This document shows, piece after piece, positions 12,562-25,600 of a stretch of 64,000 nucleotides of DNA (position 1 is the stretch's first letter; each line of letters opens with the position of its first letter). Both the position numbers and the translations under genes were made by a program. Source of the DNA: Pristiophorus japonicus (Eukaryota); the NCBI RefSeq assembly GCF_044704955.1, contig NC_091978.1, positions 191,332,001-191,396,000 on the forward strand. The letters are read 5' to 3'. The notes below the pieces were generated by a model, which worked only from the letters and a program-made list of their open reading frames with translations, was not told the DNA's origin and did not search any database.

Positions 12562-15528
12562 GGGCTAGAACCTCCACTTTTTTTGCCTGCTTAAAACCCA
12601 TTTAATGCCCATTTTCCTGCTGAAATGATGCATAACGCCTAGATAATGCCCATTTTGGTACAAAATGGAAACTGACGGGCTTTTTTTGGAAACTTATTAC
12701 TGAGTGTTATTTTCCTAATGGGCATAATGCCAAGAAAAAATATTACCACCCGCCAATTTTTTTTGGGTGCTATCAACAGAATGGACAAATTCAATGCCCA
12801 TATTATTGTCCAGCGTTACTTTCCACACGGAATTAATGCTGAGATTCAATATTAGCGCCCGGCGACTGTTTTTTGTCGTGAAGAACGTATTTACCCAAAC
12901 TAGCGGCCATGAAGATCACCCACCGTCAATTTCACCACCTCGCACACATATCGCCCACAATATCGCTCGCTCAAAAAAACGCCCACAAAAAGTGAAACTA
13001 ACCAGAATGAATCACAGCGTTATGGACGCCATGTTGTAGATCACATGTCGTGTCCTTTAAAAGGCTGCAGTGCTTTAACCTCGGCGGAGTTCGGGTGCAC
13101 TCTGCAGGTTGTTGGAGTTGATGTGAACATCTCTGAAAACATCTTGACCACACTGTGATTGAATGGAATTGAAGGGGTGCGTTCGTCGGGACATTCCTTG
13201 CTTGTGTGCAATTGGTGGCAGACAGAGAACTACTGCAATGGGGCCTGTCTTTTCTCACCCTCTCTTGGTGACCAAATAGCAGACTTGACATCGCTGAAGG
13301 AACGCTGCACTGCATTATGTGCCCAATGTATGAAGTGGCAGACAGATGAGGAGGACCAGACGTTACACCCCCTGCAAGTACAAGGAGAAGCATTCTTACC
13401 TCGACTGGCCCGACACCAACTGCCTTCGGAGACTGCGCTTCCACAAAGAGGTTATCACTGAGATATGCTAGCTGATAAGGACAGATCTGCAGCCTGCCAG
13501 CACCATCAGAACTGCACTGTCCGTTGAGGTCAAAATCACCGCAGCACTGTCGTTCTATGCCTCGGGTTCTTTTCAGGCCATAGCTGGTGACATTTGCGGA
13601 CTTTCTCAGCATGCCACACATTGCTGCATTAGACAGGTCACTGAAGCCCTGTGCACATGCAGGAGGGACTTGATCAGCTTCCCTCTGACCAGGGAGGCAC
13701 AGAGTGAGTAGGCTCTAGGTTTCTCCAGAATTGCAAACTTCCCCAAGGTGCAGGAAGCAATACACTGCATGCACATCGTGATGCAAGCATCTTTTCAGGA
13801 TGCTGAGGTTTTCAGTAATCGCAACAGATTCTACTCCCTGAATGTCCAGCTGGTTGTCGACCACTAGCAAATTATACTGGCAGTGAATGCTCAATTTCTG
13901 GGCAGCATCCATGATGCGCACATCCTGCATGAGAGCACTGTATCTGACTTGTTTAACAATCAGCCACAAGGTCAATGCTGGATGCTTGGGGACAAAGGAT
14001 ATGGCCTCACCACCCTGCGTGACATCCACACCGAGGCCAAGAGGCGATACAACGAGAGCCACAGAGCAATTTGCGATATCGTGGAGAAAACCATTGGAGT
14101 GCTGAAGCAGCGCTTCAGATGCCTGGACCACTCAGGAGGCGAGCTCCAATACCACCCTGAGCAGGTAGCTCAATTCATGGTGGTGTGCTCCATGCTGCAC
14201 AACTTGGTTATCATGAGGGGACAAGAATTGCCTGATGAGTCTGACAGTCCATCTCACCAGAGAGAGGAAGAGGAGGACGAGGAGGCAAACACTGACATCA
14301 GACCAGATAATCAGGCTGAACGTGAAGCCATGCCCCCACTCCCCTGTAGTCCGCATGAAAGGGCCCATGGTGTCATGATAGCTGCAAGAGCCTTATGTCA
14401 GGAGCTCATCAATGATCACTTTGCCTGAAAGAATGTTGGTGTTATTTCCATGGCTGACACACTGCTGGGCGCAGGTGATACATCAATGGTGAGCATCACC
14501 TTGGTGACTGTTAAAGTTTACATTGATTGAGTTAAGTGTGATTATACCCATTGATGTTAAGGAACCACCAGTGTGTGTAATGGTACAGCTATCTGAGCCA
14601 AGGTGCTGCAAGATTTTGTTAAATAAAAAACATTTAAACTGAACTTTAGTCTGAAATCATCAGTATTCCTGTACAAACCAACCCCCCTCACCCCCCCCAC
14701 CACCCCCAACCCCCTCGGCTCTCCTCCCCCCTGGCTTCTCCTCCCCACCTCTATCCTTTCCCCTTACCCTCCTGACTCCAAGCCACCTGGTCGAGAAGGT
14801 CCTCAGACGATGCTTCATTGAGGGGGCGGGGTGGGGGGGAGGTGGGGGGAGGTGGGGGGAGGTGACGGCCGATGTGCAGCTTGGATGGATACGGGAGAGG
14901 ACGGTCCCGAGATGGGAACGTGCTCCAAGCCAGAAGCAAGATGTTGCTGATGGCTCTCATGTGTGGTTGGCAATGGGGGAGCATCAACTTGGGGTGCAGT
15001 GTGGCAATCCGGGACCACTGGGAGCCCTCTGCCACCAGTGTTCCTGGCTACCAGCTCCAGGGCCTCCTCCATCCCTTCCATTTTATATTTTATTTGTTGG
15101 ACAAAACCTCAATGCCAACTATGTTCTTGGTGCTTAGTGGGCTTTTTGCTGCTGGTGAATCTCCCTCGTGCCTCCCACAACAGCCACACAAGCACACATC
15201 ACAGCCACACACGCTTTCATCCCTCTGAGCTCCCTCTCTTTCTGTCTTCTCATCTGTGCATGTCCTGGTGACCCTTGACCTCCAGAATCACGGAATCAAG
15301 TGTTGCCATGTCATTGCTAAGGACAGCCACACTTTACGGCAGAAGGTCAAAAAAATTTTATGCTAACGCCCATTTGATATCGCTCACGGTAACGCCCATT
15401 TTCAAAAATGTAAAGTAGGTTTTTGAGAATGGGCAAGAAGCCGGTGATCTGAAAAACATTTTTTAATGCCCACACCGGAAATAATGCACATTTTTGGGTG
15501 CTGTGCTCAAAAGTGGAGGTTCTAGCCC
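12562..15528 (+). mobile_element. PIF/Harbinger DNA transposon A; Myb gene mostly deleted
   Basis: Perfect 20-bp TIR GGGCTAGAACCTCCACTTTT / AAAAGTGGAGGTTCTAGCCC. Flanks ATG/ATA (imperfect 3-bp TSD). HARBI1-like transposase inside. Confidence 0.93.
13238..14428 (+). pseudogene. Harbinger (HARBI1-like DDE) transposase, disrupted
   Basis: Motifs GSIHDAHIL, WMLGDKGY, YNESH...IVEKTIGVLKQRFRCLD and LHNL, then an acidic tail and ELINDHFA*. Stops and frameshifts upstream. Confidence 0.92.
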
Positions 15529-16109
15529 ATAGTCTCTTTACATGGCTATCCTTGCTGTTTGAAGAAAGTGCTCAATTATGCTTTGCTTCTTTCCATTATG
15601 TGAAAAAGAAGTATTTGAATTTGTTCCACAAAGGACCTTATTCTACATTCAAAGAAAAAATTCAATTTCAATTGGGCATTTATTCATAGTTCCTTTCCAC
15701 GGATTGAAATTGAATGAGAGACTATCAAAATTGTAACATCATTCTTTCCATATATTGGACTTAATGACATAAGGAGAGCTCATGTAAATTGATCACTGTT
15801 TTCCACATGAGCAATTTTTTAAAATGACCCTGAATTTCTGCAGGCCCAATGGCATATTCCTAGCATAAATCTGCTGGGGGAGCAAGGGAAGATGCAGGAG
15901 ATTAGCCAAGACCCAAGAAGATTGAGTCCCAGCCTTGGCTGCCAATTTGTGCAGGGGTCTGGGGCAAACTTCTGTCTGCCCAAACATGACCCCTGAATGC
16001 AGGAAGTGCGGTGTAAGGAAGAAAATTCTCATGCTGGTGATTTCCTCAATGCCAAATTCTCTACTAGGGAGTGCCCTTAATGCTGATATGAACCTGTCAT
16101 ATAGGCAGA

Positions 16110-18065
16110 GAAACATAGAAACATAGAAAATAGATGCAGGAGTAGGCCATTCGGCCCTTCGAGCCTGCACCACCATTCAATAAGATCATGGCTGATCATT
16201 CACCTCAGTACCCCTTACTTGCTTTCTCTCCTTTGATCCTTTGATCCCTTTAGCCATAAGGGCCATATCTAACTCCCTCTTGAATATATCCAATTAACTG
16301 GCATCCACAACTTTCTGCGGCAGGGAATTTCACAGGTTAACCACTCTCTGAATGAAGAAGTTTCTCCTCATCTCAGTCCTAAATGGCTTGCCCGTTATCC
16401 TTAGACTATGTCCCCTGGTTCTGGACTTCCCCAACATCGGGAACATTCTTCCTGCATCTAACCTGTCCAGTCCCATCAAAATTTTCTATATTTCTATGAG
16501 ATCCCCCCTAATCCTTCTAAACTCCAGTGAATACAGGCCCAGTCGATCCCGTCTCTCCTCATATATCAGTCCTGCCATCCCAGGAATCAGTCTGGTGAAC
16601 CTTCATTGCACTCCCTCAATAGCAAGAACGTCCTTCCTCAGATTAGAAGACCAAAACTGAACACAATAGTTCAGGTGAGGCCTCAGTAAGGCGCTATACA
16701 ACTGCAGTAAGATCTCGCTGCTGCTATACTCAAATCCCCTCGCTATGAAGGCCAACATACCATTTGCCTTCTTCACCGCCTGTTGTACCTGCATGCCAAC
16801 TTTCAATGACTAATGTACCATGACACCCAGGTCTCGTTGCACCTCCTCTTCCTAATCTGCCACCATTCAGATAATATTCTGCATTGCGTTTTAGCCACTA
16901 AAGTGGATAACCTCACATGTATCCACATTATAGTGCATCTGCCACGCGTTTGCCCACTCACCTAACCTGTCCAAGTCACCAGCCTTTTGGCATCCTCCTC
17001 ACAGCTCACACCACCACCCAGCTTAATGTCATCTGCAAACTTGGAGATATTACACTCAATTCCCTCATCCAAATCATTAATGTATATTATAAAGAGCTGG
17101 GGTCCCAGCACTAAGCCCTGCAGCACCCCACTAGTCACTGCCTGCCATTCTGAAAAGGACCCATTGATCCTGACTCTCTGCTTTCTGTCTGCCAGCAGTT
17201 CTCTATCCACGTCAGTACATTATCCCCAATACCATGTGCTTTAACTTTGCACACCAATCTCTTGTGTGGGACCTTGTCAAAAGCCTTTTGAAAGTCCAAA
17301 TATACCACATCCACTGGTTCTCCCTTGTTCACTCTACCAGTTGCATCCTCAAAAAATTCTAGAAGATTTGTAAAGCAGGATTTCCTTTTCATAAATCCAT
17401 GCTGACTTGGACCGATCCCGTCACTGCTTTCCAAATGTGCTGCTATTTCATCTTTAATAATTGATTCCAACATTTTCCCCACTTCTGATGTCAGGCTAAC
17501 TGGTCTATAGTTACCCATTTTCTCTCTCCCTCCTTTCTTAAAAGGTGGTGTTACATTAGCTACCCTCCAGTCCATAGGAACTGATCCAGAGTCAATAGTC
17601 CACTATTTCTCGGGCTACTTCCTTAAGTACCCTGTGATGCAGACTATCAGGCCCCAGGGATTTATCGGCCTTCAATCCCATCAATTTGCCGAACACAATT
17701 TCCCGTCTAATAAGGATTTCCTTCAGTTCCTCCTTCTCACTAGACCCTCGGTCCCCTAGTACTTCCAGAAGGTTATTTGTGTCTTCCTTCGTGAACCAAA
17801 GTATTTGTTTAAATGGTCCACCATTTCTTTGTTCCCCATTATAAATTCACCTGAATCTGAATGCAAGGGACCTATGTTGTTTTCACTAATCTTTTTCTCT
17901 TCTCATATCTATAGAAGCTTTTGCAGTCAGTTTTTATGTTCCCAGCAAGCTTCCTCTCATACTCTATTTTCCCCCTCCTAATGAAACCCTTTGTCCTCCT
18001 CTGCTGCATTACAAAATTCTCTCAATCCTCAGGTTTGCTGCTTTTTCTAGCCAATTTATATGCAA
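16110..18065 (-). mobile_element. CR1 LINE ORF2 fragment with 3' tail
   Basis: Motifs DWRVANVTP..KKG, YLDFQKAFDKVPH and KFADD. (TTTCTATG)n tail at about 16110-16130. Confidence 0.93.
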
Positions 18066-19256
18066 GCTCAGTGGTGCAAGTGGAGCCCACATCATAGTCT
18101 AGACACAGATCCTGGCATGGTCCTCCATAAAGCTATCAGCATCCTTCTTTCTTTTCAGCATTAACATGGCATATTTTAAATGATCTTCTTGACAAGTGGC
18201 TTGTACATGAATAGTTTATCCGCATCCATTTTCCTATCTTCTGCTCTTGTAGAAACTCATTGTGGCATGGGAACCCACCACTGGCATTTAGATTGACCCA
18301 CCCTGACCTGGATTGGTTGGTGGGGTCAGGAACAGAGGTCTCTGGCACCCGCTGCACCACATTACCTCTGGCAGAGTGCAGCCATTGTTTTTTGCCACCA
18401 ATATATCTCTATCAATTTCCTATTACATCAACATTGTTCGAAAGAAATAGTTGTATATCCATTTACCACTTTTCGTCCTTTCGCAGTAACAAACCATTAA
18501 CATGTCCCAACCTCATCCTTTTCACATATAACCTTTGTGGTTGGATTATTGACTTCCTTTGATACTCTTCTCAAGGCTGTGAAACTTTTTCAGGGGCTCT
18601 TATCAGATCTGAACTATTGTCAAGATTGAAGTCACTTGGTCTGTGACATCTTAGCATGCATTTGGCAGTGATTATTAACTCTGCAACTCTAAAAAAACAT
18701 TCCATCCACTTTGAGACGATCAGCATTTCAGTGGCCCGATGAGTGAACTACGCTTTGTGAATTCACTGCTGCTTTGTGCATTCACAGTGCTTTCTAATTA
18801 TTTATACCAGTCAAGTACTATTAAGGCACCTGAGCAGTGAGAAATAAGGGTTATTATGGTTGCATCATGATTGACTTGGATTCTGGCATTCACCCTTACA
18901 AAAATTGTTTCGAAGAAGAATTCAGTGGAAAATAGGTATAAGCAATTTTACTTCCTTTAATTAAAAAAATGTGGATTTTAACACCTTCCTGTTCAAATGT
19001 GTACCTCATAATTTCTCTCCAAAGGAATGTGAAAAATAGCAGCAAACTCATAGGACCTATTTCCCTGGAAAGACCATGGATAAGTTGATTTCTAGGCAGA
19101 TTTTCCTGCTCTGCAAAGTGCACAGCTTTTCTCCAGGGTCAGGCATTAACATGGTTTAAAGAGCACCGGTGGCAGCCCAGTGCTGGCAGGAAGGGCAGGA
19201 AATGTAAGCACAGTTGAGGGGCTCACAGGCCTGCAGCTGCATGTTTTGGCCTCTGA

Positions 19257-19703
19257 AAGAAAGACTTGCATTTATATAGCGCCTTTCACAAACACCGGAC
19301 ATCGCAAAGTGCTTTACAGCCAATGAAGTACTTTTTTGGCGTGAAGTCACTTTGAAAAGTGGGAAACATGGCAGCCAATTTGCACACAGCAAGCTCCCAC
19401 AAACAGCAATGTGATAATGACCAGATAATCTGTTTTTATTATGCTGATTTGAGGGATAAATATTCGCCAGGACACCAGGGATAACTCCCCTGCTCCTCTT
19501 CGAAATAGTGCCATGGGATCTTTTATATCCACCTGAGAGAGCACACGTGGCCTCGGTTTAACACCTCATCTGAAAGCACTTCCTCAGTACTGCACTGGAA
19601 TGTCAGCCTAGATTTATGTGCTTAAGTCCCTAGAGTGGGACTTGAATCTACAACCTTCTGACTGAGAGACGAGTGTGCTACTCACTGAGCCACAGCTGAC
19701 ACT
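19257..19703 (-). mobile_element. tRNA-derived SINE with Deu-type core (SacSINE1/AmnSINE-like)
   Basis: Head GTGTCAGCTGTGGCTCAGTG with a degenerate B box, core TTGCTGTTTGTGGGAGCTTGCTGTGTGCAAATTGGCTGCC, tail GCGCTATATAAATGCAAGTCTTTC. Second copy at about 61378-61838. Confidence 0.8.
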
Positions 19704-20869
19704 TCAAAGCTCGTGATCTTGTGATTGCTGATGGCACTCAGTAGCCAGAAATCTCCAAATGCCTCTAGACATCTTGATAAAGAGGGAGTTAAAAGCAAAA
19801 AGTTTTACTTATACATCTGCCTTTAGCCTGCCCCCAGGACTCCCAAAGACCATCTGGTCAGCAGAGTCCAGGAGCAGACCATAGTACCATAGCTTCACTC
19901 GGAGCTCCAACTCGAGCGCTCAGCAAGCGTTCCTTCAGGAAATTGAGGTGGAAGACCAGGAAGACCCTGACCCATCTTATCTGCATAGATCCAATGGGCA
20001 TATGCCTTCTACATGTATACATTGATACCCTGGGGCAATGTTAAATGAGTGAAAAGCTGGTGAAATAGGTTTCCATCCCTTTTACCTGACCTTTGTCCCT
20101 AGGGAAATGGGTGTTCCTTAGGGGTAGGGTTCAAATACCTTCATACCAGTAACAATATGGGCGCGGTATGTAACAAATTTAATTGAATTTTTGCTGGATT
20201 GACTAAATGGATGAAGAGAATCTAGTAGATGCATTGTAAATGAATGTTCAGAAAGTGTTTGACAGGTTGTTTCATGAGCGGTTTGTTAGATAAATTCAGG
20301 TGTATAGTATAATAGGAAATGTAGCAGAATGAATAGAAAGTTAGTTGACAGACAGGACACAAAGGACCAGAAATTAATTGACATGCCGCCCACTACCGCC
20401 CGCTTACCGCCCAAAAATGCAAGTTTGGTCAAAAATCCCGTACATACCGCCGACATACCGCTCGGTGGAAGATTCACCACTAACATACCACCGAGTGGTA
20501 TGCACATCGACCGCCGTGCAGGACCGCCCGCAGACTGCCCAAAAAGTGCAAGTTTGATGACATACCGCCAACATACTGCTGGAGCTGCATACCGTCCTGT
20601 AGAAGATGGTTTTACTTGATCTTTACTGGGCAGGAATGGGCGGTAGTGGTCGGTGCCACCATTTTGAAATCGGGAACTGTCAGCAAAAGCAGCACTTCAG
20701 TATTCAGAGGTGAACAGTTACTTTACAGTGGGATTTACAGTGGAAAGGTATTAGCTTGGTACTGAGTACATTATTAAGAGAGAACGCATTTGAGTTTATA
20801 TTTTTTTCATTGAAAAATCATTTGAGTTTATCCCAGGATATTTGAGGAGATTCTGGAGATTTAAAAAGA

Positions 20870-22360
20870 ATGGGGCCTGTACTATCTCAGCCTGTATTGC
20901 TGACTACTTGTCTAATGCAGGATCCAGATGGGAGAGGTTTATTGAGCAGAATTATCAGGGTAATGGAAGATGTCACAGACTGATGCGGAGGAGGAGTCCT
21001 TACCCCCAAAGGATTTCCAGGGAGAAGCGCTCATATTTGGACCTGACCGATCGACAGTGTGTTCGAAGGATGCGCTTCCAAAAAGAGGTAATCAATGAGA
21101 TTTGCCAGCTCATTAAGGCAGACCTGCAGCCCAGTACCACCAACATTACTGCACTCTCTGTCAAGATGAAGGTGACTGCGGCACTTTCCTTTTATGCATG
21201 CGGCTCTTTTCAGGCATCAGCTGGGGGCATGCTGCATGCTCAGCATGCTACACATCGCTGCGTTTGACAAGTAACTGAAGCACTGTATGCACACCGAATG
21301 GAATTTCTAAATTTTCCAATGACTAGGGAGGCACAGAGTGGGAGGGCTTTGGGATTTGCACAGATTGCCGGCTTCCCCAAGGTGCAGGGTACTGTTGACT
21401 GTACCCATATTGCCCTGCGAGCATCATTACAAGAGACGGAGGTGTACCGAAACCATAAACTCCCACAACGTGCAGCTCGTCTGTGTCCATATGCAGTGCA
21501 TCATAGCAGTGAATGCCTACTTTCCAAGGAGCATCCATGATGCGCACATCTTGCGTGAGAACACTATGTCTGACCTGTTGAAGTCTGAGCCACAAGGTAA
21601 ATGCTGGATGATGGGGGACAAAGAGTACAGCCTTACCTCCTGGCTCTTGACCCCACTGCCGAACCCTCAGACAGAAGCTGAGCAACGCTATAATACGAAC
21701 CATATAGCCACACGTAATATTATCGAAAAGACAATTGCTGAAGCGGTGCTTTCGATGTTTGGACCACTCGAGATGCAGGCTGCAATACCACGTTAAGCAG
21801 GTTGCTTGGTTCACTGTGGTGTGCTACATGTTGCATAATTCAGCCATCATGCTGGGACAGGAATTGCTGCAGGGGACTGCGGGATCATCTAAGGAGATAG
21901 TGTGGTGTTTGTAAGCACTCTAGTAATGACTCCATGAGGCAAGGTATTGCTCTTGAACTGTTGTGACCTTAGTACATTTTTTGCAGTTCCTGAATGCAGT
22001 TACAGTAAGGTGGGCTCCCTTTCATACCTGGTTACCTGCAGTGTGCAGATGACATCTAGGCCTCCACCAATTGCACCCTCTGGTGGTACAGTGTATACAG
22101 TGTAAAGAAACATTCATTGGTCTTATGTAACTGTACATTGAGTGTACAGGGTATATACATGCACAACAGATAGTGCAGGAGATGGAGGAGGAAGAAGAGG
22201 AAAATGAGGGGGTGGAGGATGAGGAGGAGCTTCCAGATGAACCCATGGCACCACCAACGCCTCCAGCCCCCACCTCCCAACATCACAGCGGAGGGCACGT
22301 GGAGCGTATGCCACTGCAAAATTGTTACATCAGTAATTTATAAATGAACGCTTTGCTTGA
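20870..22360 (+). pseudogene. Harbinger transposase of element B, disrupted
   Basis: Motifs GFPKVQGTVDCTHI, SIHDAHIL, WMMGDKEY and YNTNHIATRNIIEKTI, ending NERFA*. A solo LTR is inserted near the 3' end. Confidence 0.9.
21901..22168 (-). mobile_element. Solo LTR, Gypsy-type
   Basis: TG...CA termini with 5-bp TSD GATAG (21896-21900, 22169-22173). Shares AACTGTTGTGACCTT and CACCCTCTGGTGG motifs with other Gypsy LTRs here. Confidence 0.88.
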
Positions 22361-22622
22361 ATGTGGAGAGCTGCGTTTTTGGACCTTGATGACTGTTCCC
22401 CCAAAAGTTTGACACTGTACAAGAGTGCTTAAATTCATTTGAAACGTTTATGCAAAAATGTAAAAAATAAACAACAATTGTAAAACTTTGTAAAACTTAT
22501 AACTTTCACTTTGAACAACTGTAACAACTTTAACAACTTTAACAACTTGAAATAAACTTTTAAAAATCAAACTACAACTCTTTTAAATGAACAATGAACA
22601 CTTGACAACAGCAAAGCACCCT

Positions 22623-25600
22623 TATTGTACTTGACCTCAACCTCGACCGTGTGCTCCACCACCCTTCGGATCCACCCCCTTTCTTACTCACGGCCTTCCC
22701 TTTCCCACGGCCCCTGAGCCCAGACCTTCCAGTGGTGGTACCAAGCCAGCGTGCAGCAGTGCACCCCGAGTGCTGTTGCCATCGTTGGGGGTTAGACATT
22801 GCAGGTGCAATGAATGGGGCCTCAGGAGAAGCTCGTGATCTGGAAGGCACGGCTTCAGGGCTGGAAGCTTCTGGCAGCTCCCCACCCTCAAGTGCTGTCG
22901 ACCCGACTACAATGGCACGGGGGGATTCAGCGCCATGTCCCGACCCCGTCGATTGCCGCATGGCATCGATGGAATCAGTGGTTCACTCCATCGCGGTGAT
23001 CAGACGTGACATATCTTCTGACTATCGTTCTGATAGTGCCGCGATGTTTCCGGCTAACGTAGACATGGTCTTGAGCAGCTCTCGACCTATGTCGACCCTG
23101 GCCTGTGACAGATGCACCAAGTCCTGGTACACACCTATCTGTCTTGCAGCAACGGACCTTTTCTGCAGCAATCTCTGTCGCTGCGGCAAAGGCGCGAGAA
23201 TGCCGGGGGTGCCTTGCTGCGCATGGCTTGGCCCCCGCAGAATCCGAGGAGGCATGGGGGAATCCCATGAATATAGAGTCGGTGGTGGAGGATGTTCCAG
23301 CTGGCCCACATGGAACTGGTGCAACCTCCTCCATGTCCACCCCCACCTCCACCTCCACTGGCTCCAGGATCAGCTGCTCTTCCTTTTACTCTTCCTCGTC
23401 TCTGGCAGGGGTGAAGTCGGGATAGGGCTGGGTGATGCCAAAGGTGGAGGCAGCGGGTCTGTCGTCTGGTCTCTCTGCGGAGGTCTGGTCTGAATCCTCT
23501 GAGTCTGGAAGTACAAAACAACATTTATAAATGCTTGGTAACAGGGGAGGGGTCAGTGTTACATGAGTACATGAGTACAGTGACGTAGCGCAGTCTTACT
23601 TAAATGTCCACCACTGCTGTATTACTGCATTACATATCGCAGACAGACAATACATATATACATATACATATGCATTGTGTTACATGCTCCCAACATTGCA
23701 GTGCATCACATGAGCCCATCATTACAGTGCAATAAACTTACATTACATCACATGATGCTAAGATTAAATGACATTACAGGACCGCAACACAGTCCGGGGA
23801 TTGTATTGAACTGACCATCCTGTGTGGGTGGGTCAGCTCCAACACCGGTTGCTATCCCCGACCAGCAACAGGGCACAGATCTCAATCTCCGTCAATGGTT
23901 CTTGCACTGGGGGTTCACCCCTCATATGCTGCTGATCCGCTGCTATTGCAGATATCTTCTTCTGCAGAAAATGAAGTAAGTGAAAGTAAAAATCTTCAAT
24001 CCATTTAACAAAGCAGACACACAGGTTCAAGCAGACACACACAAACATCAAAACCTCTTGTCATTGCCAGAAAGCACACATACATCGCCGTAACCTTGGG
24101 ATAAATAACATCATCCATGTGACACTGAACCTACATTTACATGATACATGGCACATGGGGGGTGAATAAATAAAATCATAACTTACTATTGCTGTTATAT
24201 ATGTAAACTTGTATTTACTCTGTACACTCACTAGAGGGCTCATCCCCTGGAGGCCCAAGGGATCCCACAATCCCTTGGGAGCACAGGTATTTAAGGAGGC
24301 CTCACAGGTTGGAGAGGCACTCTGGAGACTTGCAATAAAAGATTAAAGTCACACTTTACTTTGAGCCCACAGTGTTCAGTCTGACTCTTCTCCATACATA
24401 ACAACTAGTGACGAGATACAGATAGCGAACCCAAAGATGCAGAGAACAGTGTGCAGCCTGGAGAAATTCTCGGAGGGAGATGATTGGGAAACTTTTGTGG
24501 AGTGACTCGACCAATACTTCATGGCCAATGAGCTATGTTTCTATGTTTCTATGTTTCTATGGGAAAGAGAATGCTGCCAAATGAAGGGCGATCCTCCTCA
24601 CTGTCTGTGGGGCACCAACATATGGCCTCATAAAGAATTTGCTCACTCCAGCGAAACCCACGGAGAAATCATACGATGATTTGTGCACACTGGTCTGCGA
24701 GCATTTGAACCCGAAGGAAAGTGTTCTGATGGCGAGGTACCGGTTCTACACCTACAAAAGGTCTGAAGGCCAGGAAGTGGCGGGTTATGTCGCTGAGCTA
24801 AGATGCCTTGCAGGACATTGCAAATTTGAAGGACATTTGGAGCACATGCTCAGAGACGATTTCGTACTTGGCATTGGTCACGAAACCATATTTTGCAAAC
24901 GTTTGCCTGGAGAGACCCCAACCTTGAATAAGGCCATAGCGATAGCACAGGCGTTCATTGCCACCAGTGACAATACTAAGAACTCACAACACACAAGTGC
25001 TGCTACAAGTACTGTGAACAAAGTGATGTTGTGCCCAGGTCTTAAACAAATTTCCTTCGCTGTTCGAACCAGCCATCGGGAAATTCCAAGGAGCAAAAGT
25101 GCAGATCCACCTAATTCCGGGGGTACGACCCATCTATCACAAGGCGAGAGCAGTTCTGTACATGCTGAGAGAAAGGGTAGAGATCGAGCTAGACCGGCTG
25201 CAAAGAGAGGGCATCATTTCACCGAGCGAGTTCAACGAGTGGGCCAGCCTGATCGTTCCTGTCCTCAAAGGAGACAGCACAGCCAGAATCTATGGCGATT
25301 CCAAAGCAACTATCAATCGTTTCTCCCTGCAGGACCAATACCCACTACCAAAGTCTGATGACCGATTTGCAACGCTGGCAGGAGGAAAGACGTTCACGAA
25401 GCTGGATCTGACTTCAGCCTACATGACGCAGGAACTGGAGGAGTCATCGAAGGGTATCACCTGCATCAACACGCACAAAGGTCTTTTTATTTATAAAAGA
25501 TGCCCATTTGGAATTTGATCAGTGGCGGCGATATTCTAGAGAAACATGGAAAGCTGACTGAAGTCAGTCCTGCACACCGTGATCTTCCAGGACGACATCT

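Noticed and set aside
13238-14428. Domesticated HARBI1 host gene
   Set aside because: It is flanked by TIRs, carries stops and frameshifts, and has several paralogs in the window. It is a transposon copy.
18070-18560. Possible host exon (ORFs 18136-18360 and 18260-18562)
   Set aside because: No convincing splice sites or recognisable protein.
19640-19703. tRNA gene
   Set aside because: It is a degenerate tRNA-derived SINE head followed by SINE body and tail.
22651-23493. 280-aa plus-strand ORF
   Set aside because: It is the antisense shadow of the GC-rich Myb-gene exon 3 and has no recognisable domain.
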